Assembly (NCBI GenBank): GCA_964652645.1
Contig: CAZZCS010000002.1
Location: forward strand, 402-64,401
Origin: an uncultured Candidatus Cloacimonadota bacterium
Lineage (GTDB): Bacteria > Cloacimonadota > Cloacimonadia > Cloacimonadales > Cloacimonadaceae
Length of the DNA stretch: 64,000 nt
Direction of reading: 5' to 3'
Under the pieces are notes generated by a model, which did no database searches, was not told where the DNA came from, and worked only from the letters and a program-made list of their open reading frames with translations. Shown here piece after piece: positions 1 to 8,648 of this stretch (the stretch's first letter is position 1; each line of letters starts with the position of its first letter). A program made the translations under genes and the position numbers.

Positions 1-313
1 AGTTCTTCAGCTTATCGACAATTTTTTCCTTTTGGACGAGGCCAACTAACTGCTCCACGATCTCGCCTTTGTGGAAGACAAGCAAGGTGGGGATGGACAT
101 AATGGAATAGCGTGAGGCTATTTCCGGGGCTTCGTCGATATTGAGCTTGGCAAAATTCACTTTGCCGGTGTACTCGGCGGCAAGCTTTTCAATGGTGGGC
201 GTCAGAGCTTTGCAAGGGCCACACCAGGGTGCCCAAAAATCTACCAATACTGGCAGTTCGCTCTGCAACACCTCTGCATCAAAAGTGCTTGCGTTCAGTT
301 CTTGCAAGGCCAT
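1..313 (-). CDS. trxA: thioredoxin (3' end cut by window edge)
   Basis: Absent from the ORF track because no stop lies inside the window. My minus-strand translation from the ATG at 313-311 reads MALQELNASTFDAEVLQSELPVLVDFWAPWCGPCKALTPTIEKLAAEY..., with the canonical WCGPC motif. 104 codons are visible. It starts 5 nt after the groES stop. Confidence 0.85.
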   Translation of the reverse strand, partial: MALQELNASTFDAEVLQSELPVLVDFWAPWCGPCKALTPTIEKLAAEYTGKVNFAKLNIDEAPEIASRYSIMSIPTLLVFHKGEIVEQLVGLVQKEKIVDKLKN

Positions 314-318
314 CGATC

Positions 319-591
319 CTACTCTACGATTGCTAAAATGTCACTCTTGGACAGAATGAGCAGCTTTTCGCCTTCAAGCTCGATCTCGGTCCCGGCATAT
401 TTGCCATAGAGAACTTTATCGCCCACTTTCACGGCTTTGAGTAAATCTTCGTCTGTACCGACAGCGATCACTTCAGCCATTTGGGGTTTTTCTTTTGCTG
501 TATCGGGAATGATAATTCCACCGATTTTCTTCTCTTCGGAAGCAGCAGCGATCTTCACTACCACGCGATCTTCGATAGGTTTCAATTTCAT
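319..591 (-). CDS. groES: co-chaperonin GroES
   Basis: [13 protein letters not shown]...[20 protein letters not shown] is the typical Cpn10 sequence. I chose the internal ATG at 591 because GGAGG lies 7 nt upstream; the track ORF extends to 624. Confidence 0.95.
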   Translation of the reverse strand: MKLKPIEDRVVVKIAAASEEKKIGGIIIPDTAKEKPQMAEVIAVGTDEDLLKAVKVGDKVLYGKYAGTEIELEGEKLLILSKSDILAIVE

Positions 592-630
592 CTTGATTCC
601 TCCATAACTTTCATTATTCTTCATTAATAT

Positions 631-678
631 ATTATAAGGGCAGAGCCGTATTTAGCAAACACAATTTTGGACTGCTAA
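631..678 (-). promoter_or_regulatory. groES promoter with CIRCE (HrcA) operator
   Basis: The minus strand at 678-652 reads TTAGCAGTC-N9-GTTTGCTAA. This matches the CIRCE consensus TTAGCACTC-N9-GAGTGCTAA at 15/18 positions with the correct 9-nt spacer. TTTGCT (659-654), 17 nt, then TATAAT (636-631) form a sigma-70-like promoter that overlaps the operator. Confidence 0.65.
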
Positions 679-948
679 GAATTTGTCAAGAAAAAGGTGA
701 GTCGGGCTTCAATCATCAGGCTGAGACCTCTGCTATTAGGGTGTCCCATCCAATTTGAGTCTCTGTACCTAAACTGAGCTTGACAGAAATTTGGACTATC
801 TAAGTCTGGCAGTATCATCGAGCGACCAAATCTAAACCTCTGGCATGATTGTTCGCCGTTAGGGTATATCCGGAAACAGATATGCCTTCCAGTGTGAAAA
901 GGTGATATGAACGCAGAACCGTGGAGTTCTTCCGTAAGGCTGCGGTGC

Positions 949-986
949 GTCTCCTTTATCCACTGACATCATTAAATAAAGGAGAC
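949..986 (+). promoter_or_regulatory. SD-sequestering hairpin in the pruA leader
   Basis: GTCTCCTTTAT (949-959) is the perfect reverse complement of ATAAAGGAGAC (976-986), with a 16-nt loop. The 3' arm contains the AAGGAG Shine-Dalgarno located 6 nt before the ATG at 991. Confidence 0.5.
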
Positions 987-990
987 CACA

Positions 991-2610
991 ATGTTTTTCA
1001 CCGTTCCTGCCCCAAGAAACGAACCTCTGAACACTTACGCACCGGGAAGTAAAGAAAGAGCCTCATTGAAAGGAAAACTGGAAGAACTCGGTAGTCAGTG
1101 CATGGAAATACCAGCCATTATCAACGGCAAAGAAGTGTATAGCGGCATCACGGCTGATTGCATCGAACCCCATAACCACACGAATGTCCTTGCCAAATAT
1201 CATAAAAGTGGCGAAGCGGAGATAAATCTTGCCATTCATGCAAGCGTTAATGCGAGCAGAGACTGGGAGCAAATGCAATTTTATCATCGTTCCGCGATCT
1301 TTCTAAAAGCTGCCGAACTGCTTTCCACCAAATATCGTGATCTATTAAACGCTGCCACCATGCTGGGACAAAGCAAAAACGCCTATCAAGCCGAAATTGA
1401 TTCTGCTTGCGAACTGATAGATTTCTGGCGCTTCAATGCCTATTATGCACAGAAAATTTACGAACAACAACCCCTTGTATCGCCCAAAGGTGAGTGGAAC
1501 TTCTCTGAATATCGCGCACTGGAAGGTTTTGTGTTTGCTATCACACCTTTCAATTTCACTGCGATAGCAGGTAATCTCCCCACGGCTCCGGCATTAATGG
1601 GTAATACTGTAGTCTGGAAACCTGCCGGAACAGCTGTTTATAGTGGTTACATCATAATGAAAATTCTGATGGAAGCCGGCTTGCCAGCAGGGGTTATAAA
1701 CTTTGTCCCCGGTTCAGGAGCTCAGATGGGTGATTTGATAACCGATTCTCCACATCTTGCTGGCATACATTTCACAGGAAGCACGGAAGTGTTCAACCAC
1801 ATCTGGCAACGCACAGCCAATAATATTCACATCTACAAATCCTATCCCAGGATCGTAGGTGAAACAGGCGGTAAGGATTTTATAGTAGCCCATGCATCTG
1901 CAGATATCAGAGCCCTGGCCGTGGCTAGCCTGAGGGGAGCCTTTGAGTATCAGGGACAAAAATGCAGTGCAGCTTCCAGACTTTATATCCCTGATAGTAT
2001 GTACGACAAATGGTTCCAAGAGATTAGCTCAATGCTAGACACGGTTAAGATGGGTGTAGTTCAAGATTTTTCGAACCTCATCAATGCAGTAATCGACAAA
2101 AACAGCTTCTTGAGAATCAAAGAATACATCGAATATGCCCGTCAAGCATCAGACGCTGAAATTGTCTGGGGTGGAAAATGTGACGACAGCCGCGGCTACT
2201 TCATTGAACCTACTATAATCAAGACCACAAACCCAGAATTCCGTACAATGCAAGATGAGATATTCGGACCCGTTTTAACAGTGTATGCTTATCCGGAAAA
2301 AAGCTTTGTCGAGACACTGGAGCTATGTGACCAAACTTCTCCTTATGCACTCACCGGCTCCATTTTTGCCCAGGATAGAACCGCGATTTGTACTGCCTAC
2401 GAAATGCTGAGACATAGCGCGGGCAACTTCTATATCAACGACAAGCCTACAGGAGCAGTAGTCGGCCAGCAACCTTTTGGAGGTGGCAGGTCTTCAGGTA
2501 CCAACGACAAAGCAGGATCAGCGATAAACCTGCATCGTTGGATTTCGGCAAGATCAATCAAAGAGACTTTCGCTCCCGCAACGAACTACACATACCACTT
2601 TATGGGATAA
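991..2610 (+). CDS. pruA: L-glutamate gamma-semialdehyde (1-pyrroline-5-carboxylate) dehydrogenase
   Basis: 539-aa aldehyde dehydrogenase with VGETGGKDF and EYQGQKCSAASR catalytic-Cys motifs. The N-terminus (PAPRNEP...YAPGS) is typical of the PruA group. AAGGAG RBS. Confidence 0.88.
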   Translation: MFFTVPAPRNEPLNTYAPGSKERASLKGKLEELGSQCMEIPAIINGKEVYSGITADCIEPHNHTNVLAKYHKSGEAEINLAIHASVNASRDWEQMQFYHRSAIFLKAAELLSTKYRDLLNAATMLGQSKNAYQAEIDSACELIDFWRFNAYYAQKIYEQQPLVSPKGEWNFSEYRALEGFVFAITPFNFTAIAGNLPTAPALMGNTVVWKPAGTAVYSGYIIMKILMEAGLPAGVINFVPGSGAQMGDLITDSPHLAGIHFTGSTEVFNHIWQRTANNIHIYKSYPRIVGETGGKDFIVAHASADIRALAVASLRGAFEYQGQKCSAASRLYIPDSMYDKWFQEISSMLDTVKMGVVQDFSNLINAVIDKNSFLRIKEYIEYARQASDAEIVWGGKCDDSRGYFIEPTIIKTTNPEFRTMQDEIFGPVLTVYAYPEKSFVETLELCDQTSPYALTGSIFAQDRTAICTAYEMLRHSAGNFYINDKPTGAVVGQQPFGGGRSSGTNDKAGSAINLHRWISARSIKETFAPATNYTYHFMG

Positions 2611-2630
2611 TTCAAGCTCAACAGAATCAT

Positions 2631-2665
2631 AAGACGGGATGACTCATTCGTCCCGTCTTATATAT
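2631..2665 (+). terminator. candidate intrinsic terminator after pruA
   Basis: 9-bp stem AAGACGGGA/TCCCGTCTT with an 11-nt loop. The tail is ATATATAT rather than a clean T-run. Confidence 0.45.
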
Positions 2666-2900
2666 ATGACTAATCCAGGTAGCTGATTACCGCTAAATCG
2701 AGTCAGAGACTATTGTACTTACTTTGAAATCAAGAAGAAGTTCTGTTTGTATGGGTTTTCACCCTCTGCCCTGTTAAGTTATCGGTTTTGTCATAAACGC
2801 AGTGACCGCTTCATTTTTGCCTGAATCCCTTTTTCCTTGACGTATAAACCCCTTTTAAAACAAGGTTTTGCCAATTTGATAATACTATTGGGAGGATCAC

Positions 2901-4460
2901 TTGCTAAATCTTGACCTCAATCCTCAAATGATTGAACGGGCCCGAGAAGCTGCCCGCTCCATTACACACGCCTTTAGCGGGCTTTTTGAATCTTACAGCT
3001 CTGTGACGATTGAGCGCACGGTGCTAAGACTGATGGGCATCGACGGTGCTCTGGACGGGGGAGAACCGATCCCCAATGTGGTGGTCGATCACCTCAAAAC
3101 CAAGGGTGCTTTATCCAGGGGAGCCGCCTGGTGGATTGTTAACGCCATGATCGCCAAAGGAATCAATGCTCAACAAGTGGCCAACCTGGTTGCCAAAGGT
3201 GAGCTCGACCTAAGCAGCATCCCAGCGCAGGACAGCGAGAGAGTGTTTGCTCTCCTGGACGAAATCTCCAGCACAATGCTGCAGCACATCCGAAGCCAGA
3301 AAGAGCTTCGCGAAGTCAGATTTGCCGAGTATGGTCCCCGCCGTACTCCTGCTATATATGTAATCGTCGCCACGGGAAACATTTATGAAGATGTAGCCCA
3401 GGCTCGAGCAGCCGCTCGTGAAGGCGCTGATATCATCGCCGTGATCCGATCCACAGCCCAATCGCTCCTGGACTATGTTCCCTATGGGGCAACGACTGTG
3501 GGTTTTGGGGGCACTTTTGCCACCCAGGAAAACTTCCGCATTATGCGAGCCGCTTTGGATGAAGTATCTGCCGAAGAAAAGCGCTATATCAGCCTCACGA
3601 ATTATGCCTCCGGACTCTGCATGCCCGAGATCGCTGCCATGGGTGCTATGGAAAGGCTGGATCTGATGCTGAACGATGCGATGTATGGTATCCTCTTCCG
3701 GGACATCAATCCCAAGCGAACCCTCCTCGATCAGTACTTTGCCCGCATGATCAATGCCTATGCCGGGATAGAGATTCAAACCGGCGAGGATAACTACCTC
3801 ACGACTTCCGATGCCATAGATAAAGCTTACACTGTGACCGCCTCCCAGCTGATAAACGAGCAGTTTGCCTTGATGAGCGGACTCAAACCCGAAAAGATGG
3901 GGCTGGGACATGCCTACGAGATCAATCCCGAGCTGGAAAACAGCTTTGTTTACGAGCTCTCACACGCCATGCTGACCAAGGCTCTATTCCCCAAATGCCC
4001 TGTAAAATACATGCCGCCCACCAAGTTTGCATCTGGTAACATCTTCAAGACCCACCTGATGGATGCCATGTTCAATTTCGTGGCTCAGCTGACGGGACAG
4101 GGCGTCCAACTCCTTGGTATGATGACAGAAGCGATCCACACGCCGCATCTGGCAGACCGTTCTCTGGCCATCGAAAACGCCCAATACATCTTTGGAGCCG
4201 TTAAAGACTTAGGCCAAAACCTCTGCCTGGCCCAGGATAGTTTTGTGAACAAACGTGCCGACCTCGTACTCGAGGAAGCCACCCTGTTCCTGGAAAAGGT
4301 TGCCCAGGAAGGACTTCTGAGCTCCATGGCCCGGGGAGATTTTGCCGATATCAAGCGTCCCGAAACCGGAGGCAAGGGTCTCGACGGTGTGTTCCTCAGA
4401 GATGAGGCCTATATCAATCCCTTCGAGATCAAAATGCGCGCAGAATTGGAGCTATCATGA
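2901..4460 (+). CDS. kamD: lysine 5,6-aminomutase alpha subunit
   Basis: 519 aa. Collinear with the Clostridium KamD as I recall it: TIERTVLRLMGIDGA, YVIVATGNIYEDV, IAVIRSTAQSLLDYVPYGATT.GFGGTFATQENFR. TTG start preceded by GGGAGG. Confidence 0.85.
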   Translation: MLNLDLNPQMIERAREAARSITHAFSGLFESYSSVTIERTVLRLMGIDGALDGGEPIPNVVVDHLKTKGALSRGAAWWIVNAMIAKGINAQQVANLVAKGELDLSSIPAQDSERVFALLDEISSTMLQHIRSQKELREVRFAEYGPRRTPAIYVIVATGNIYEDVAQARAAAREGADIIAVIRSTAQSLLDYVPYGATTVGFGGTFATQENFRIMRAALDEVSAEEKRYISLTNYASGLCMPEIAAMGAMERLDLMLNDAMYGILFRDINPKRTLLDQYFARMINAYAGIEIQTGEDNYLTTSDAIDKAYTVTASQLINEQFALMSGLKPEKMGLGHAYEINPELENSFVYELSHAMLTKALFPKCPVKYMPPTKFASGNIFKTHLMDAMFNFVAQLTGQGVQLLGMMTEAIHTPHLADRSLAIENAQYIFGAVKDLGQNLCLAQDSFVNKRADLVLEEATLFLEKVAQEGLLSSMARGDFADIKRPETGGKGLDGVFLRDEAYINPFEIKMRAELELS

Positions 4461-5197
4461 AAGATAAAAAGAACATAATCCGACCCTACGGTGACACTTC
4501 AAACGACGGTAAGATGCAGGTATCCTTTAGTTTACCCGTCTCTGCCGACGAACGCGGCAAGGAAGCTGCCCGCCTGATCCTGAAGCAGATGGGCTTTGAA
4601 GATATCGAAGTCTGCGGCATGCGGGATCTGCGAGAAGGTTTTACCCACTTTATAGCCTATGCGACTACGATGGCTTCTGTGGATACCAGCAAGATCAAAG
4701 TCAAAACCGTCGATACCCCGGTAATGGGAATGGAAGAGACGGATGAATACATCAAAGAGCATCTTGGCCGTACGATCACAGTCGTAGGTGCCTGCATCGA
4801 GAGTGACGCGCATACCGTTGGTATTGATGCAATTATGAACATGAAAGGCTACAATCATCGCTATGGATTGGAGCGATATCAAGGCTTCAACGCCATCAAT
4901 ATGGGAGCTCAAGTCTCCAGCGAAGATCTGCTCAGCCGCGCCAGAGCTGAAAATGCAGATGTGATTCTCGTCTCACAGATCGTGACCCAGAAAAACATCC
5001 ACATCAAAAACCTCACCAAACTGATAGAACTGGCCGAGGCTGAAGGCCTGCGCCACAAGATGCTCTTCATCTGCGGTGGCCCGAGGATCTCGCACGAACT
5101 GGCTATCGAGCTTGGCTATGATGCCGGTTTTGGTACAGGTTCATACGCGACAGACGTAGCCTCTTACATTGCCATGACCATGGCCAAAAAGGGATAG
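4457..5197 (+). CDS. kamE: lysine 5,6-aminomutase beta subunit (B12/PLP-binding)
   Basis: RPYGDT.NDGK.Q.SF N-terminus, DxHxxG cobalamin motif (SDAHTVGIDAIMNMKGY) and a Rossmann-like C-terminus. ATGA overlap with the kamD stop. Confidence 0.85.
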   Translation: MKDKKNIIRPYGDTSNDGKMQVSFSLPVSADERGKEAARLILKQMGFEDIEVCGMRDLREGFTHFIAYATTMASVDTSKIKVKTVDTPVMGMEETDEYIKEHLGRTITVVGACIESDAHTVGIDAIMNMKGYNHRYGLERYQGFNAINMGAQVSSEDLLSRARAENADVILVSQIVTQKNIHIKNLTKLIELAEAEGLRHKMLFICGGPRISHELAIELGYDAGFGTGSYATDVASYIAMTMAKKG

Positions 5198-5199
5198 AT

Positions 5200-6492
5200 T
5201 TGCTGACCTTTTTGCTGACAATTCTGGCTTTTGGACTGATGATAGCGATCCATGAGCTGGGTCATTTCATCATGGCCAGGCTGTGCGGGGTGGGCGTTGA
5301 GAAGTTTTCCATAGGTTTTGGTGCTGCCCTTGCCCACTTTGAAAAAGACGGGATAGAATATCGAATCGGCTGGATTCCGCTGGGTGGTTACGTCAAAATG
5401 ACAGGTGAGAACCCAGACGACGAGAACACTGAGATCGAGAACTCCTTCCAAAAGAGCGTTTGGTGGCGCAAGGTGCTGATCACTGCTGCCGGGCCGATAG
5501 CCAATCTGGTCTTTGGTGCTCTACTCTTCATTGTCGCCTATCTGATCCCCATGCAAATGGAAGATCATTTTCCTGTTGTGGGTCAGATAGAGCCCCTCTG
5601 GAGCGAGATCTTTATGCCTGGCGATACCATTATAGCTGTAAACGATACTCCCATAAAGGGATGGTATCAGGCCTTGTCCAAATTGGATCGAGAGCAAGAC
5701 AACGAAATGATCCTCATGCGGGATGGTTCCGAGATCACTGTTCGGATCCTGCCCGAGCGGATAGATTCACTGTTGGTGGGCTTGAGACCGGTTGTTCCTG
5801 CTATTGTGGGAGATATTCAGACTGGTATGCCAGCCTGGAAGGCAGGATTGAAGACCGGAGATGTGATTCTGGCTGTCGATTCTGTTTACGTGGACGACTG
5901 GTATCAGATGCGGGAACTGATTGTGCAGGCTCAGAACGACACGATTGAGCTCACTCTCCTACGGGGAGAAGAGGTTTTTGTACGGTCGATGGCTTTGGAA
6001 CGTAGCTTTGCGACAGACAATCAGCCCATGATCGGGATTACCCAGCTCATGCCAGTGCGTTTTAGCCATAGCTTTTCTATTGGGGAATCGCTCAGATCCG
6101 GGATCGCCACCACAAAAAACTTTGTGGGGATGTATTACAAGGGTTTGTACCACCTGATCCAAAAGCCCGAAGAGCTAAAGAATAGCCTCGGAGGCCCCGT
6201 CATGATCGTCACGATGTCGCAGCAGGCCGGGCAAAAAGGGATCAATTCCCTCATCCTCTTCTTCGGTAGCATTAGCCTCATGCTGATGGTCATGAATCTA
6301 TTACCCATCCCGATCCTGGATGGGGGGCACATCATGTTTGCCTTTATCGAAGGGATCATCCAGAGACCAGTATCTCTCAGAATCCAGGGCTTTCTCCAGC
6401 GCATCGGTTTTGCCTTGCTGATCATGCTCATGATTTATGCGTTTTACAGCGATATCATGAAGCTAGGCTTGCGCGTTATCAACGGGTTATAG
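5200..6492 (+). CDS. rseP: RIP metalloprotease RseP (site-2 protease)
   Basis: HELGH zinc motif in the first TM segment, a central PDZ region, and a C-terminal NLLPIPILDGGH motif. TTG start. Confidence 0.9.
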   Translation: MLTFLLTILAFGLMIAIHELGHFIMARLCGVGVEKFSIGFGAALAHFEKDGIEYRIGWIPLGGYVKMTGENPDDENTEIENSFQKSVWWRKVLITAAGPIANLVFGALLFIVAYLIPMQMEDHFPVVGQIEPLWSEIFMPGDTIIAVNDTPIKGWYQALSKLDREQDNEMILMRDGSEITVRILPERIDSLLVGLRPVVPAIVGDIQTGMPAWKAGLKTGDVILAVDSVYVDDWYQMRELIVQAQNDTIELTLLRGEEVFVRSMALERSFATDNQPMIGITQLMPVRFSHSFSIGESLRSGIATTKNFVGMYYKGLYHLIQKPEELKNSLGGPVMIVTMSQQAGQKGINSLILFFGSISLMLMVMNLLPIPILDGGHIMFAFIEGIIQRPVSLRIQGFLQRIGFALLIMLMIYAFYSDIMKLGLRVINGL

Positions 6493-6525
6493 AGCTATGG
6501 ACGCACCAACACTCAAGGAAAATAG

Positions 6526-7635
<1,110 letters not shown>

Positions 7636-7729
7636 GTAACTCTTTTTTGTTGACTATACTGAGGCCATCTGAATGAATGGCAGAAAGAAATATAACCGCA
7701 GCAGAGTGATATTCTGCTTGGAGGATTTG

Positions 7730-8605
7730 ATGATACAAGGATCTTATGTCGCACTGGTTACTCCCTTTAAAGGTGGGGAGATAGACTACTTGGCTCTGGA
7801 AAAGCTGCTCAATTTCCATCTGGAAAATGGGACGCATGGGATATTGCTATTGGGGACAACGGCCGAGACCGCCGCTTTGGCTTCAGACGAAAAAGATGCC
7901 CTGCTCCGCTTTTGCCTGCAGCGCATCAATAAACGAGTTCCTGTAATGATTGGCACCGGCACAAATAACCTTTCGCAGAGCCTTGCCAATACCAAAAAAG
8001 CCAAAGAACTGGGAGCAGATTCTGCCCTGGTCATCACACCTTACTACATCAAACCCACCCAGAACGGGATGTACGAATACTTCAAAGCTATTGCAGACAA
8101 ATGTGATATTCCGATCGTGATCTACAACGTCCCCGGTCGTACCGGCGTGAATATCAATGCATCTACGGTCGTACGTCTGGCTCAGGATTGTCCCAATATC
8201 GTAGCTGTCAAAGAAGCCTCTGGCAATATCGTGCAAGCCACAGAGATCATTCGCGACGCTCCCGAGGGCTTCTCTGTCCTCAGTGGCGAGGATGCGCTCA
8301 ATATGCCGCTCATGGCCTGCGGCGCCAAGGGAACGGTATCCGTGACTGCAAACGTAGTTCCCAAGCTCATGAGCACTCTCATCGAGACTTGCCTGGCAGG
8401 GGATTATCAAGCCGCTGCAAAGCAGCATCAACACCTGCTCAAGATGAACGGCGTGATGTTTATCGAGACAAATCCCATCCCTGCCAAAGAAGCACTGGCC
8501 ATGATGGGTCTCATCGAGCCGGAGTTCCGTCTGCCCATCTGTCCTTTGATGGAGCAAAACCGGGTGACACTTCGTAACGTACTCCAGGAGTATGGCTTGA
8601 TCTGA
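7730..8605 (+). CDS. dapA: 4-hydroxy-tetrahydrodipicolinate synthase
   Basis: GSYVALVTPF, LLLGTTAE, YNVPGRTG, and an active-site Lys in VAVKEASG. Start set at the ATG at 7730 (GGAGG 5 nt upstream); the track ORF starts at 7673. Confidence 0.9.
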   Translation: MIQGSYVALVTPFKGGEIDYLALEKLLNFHLENGTHGILLLGTTAETAALASDEKDALLRFCLQRINKRVPVMIGTGTNNLSQSLANTKKAKELGADSALVITPYYIKPTQNGMYEYFKAIADKCDIPIVIYNVPGRTGVNINASTVVRLAQDCPNIVAVKEASGNIVQATEIIRDAPEGFSVLSGEDALNMPLMACGAKGTVSVTANVVPKLMSTLIETCLAGDYQAAAKQHQHLLKMNGVMFIETNPIPAKEALAMMGLIEPEFRLPICPLMEQNRVTLRNVLQEYGLI

Positions 8606-8648
8606 TCCCAGGGGTTCCTTTTAGATTAAATAGGAGAATATAGATTCA

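Noticed and set aside
141-359. A 72-aa plus-strand ORF at the left edge of the window.
   Set aside because: It is antisense to the thioredoxin gene (WCGPC motif) and to the end of groES. It is a shadow ORF.
841-856. Sigma-54-like TGGCATgattgTTCGC upstream of pruA.
   Set aside because: The GG-to-GC spacing is 13 nt rather than 12, and the -12 element is TTCGC rather than TTGC. It also lies 135 nt from the start inside a leader better explained by a sigma-70-type promoter.
2666-2900. I looked for a lysine (L-box) or cobalamin riboswitch in the 290-nt gap upstream of kamD.
   Set aside because: I could not find the conserved cores: no B12-box-like GCCACTG context and no L-box helices. Only a TTGACG box without a convincing -10 element is present. 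An Rfam scan would be needed to be sure.
5460-5948. A 162-aa same-strand ORF in an alternative frame inside rseP. Similar cases are 8188-8577 inside dapA and 12789-13046 inside nadK.
   Set aside because: The overlapped genes are intact and motif-bearing throughout, and the alternative-frame products are Arg-, Gly-, Cys- and Ser-rich with no features. There is no slippery site or other frameshift signal.
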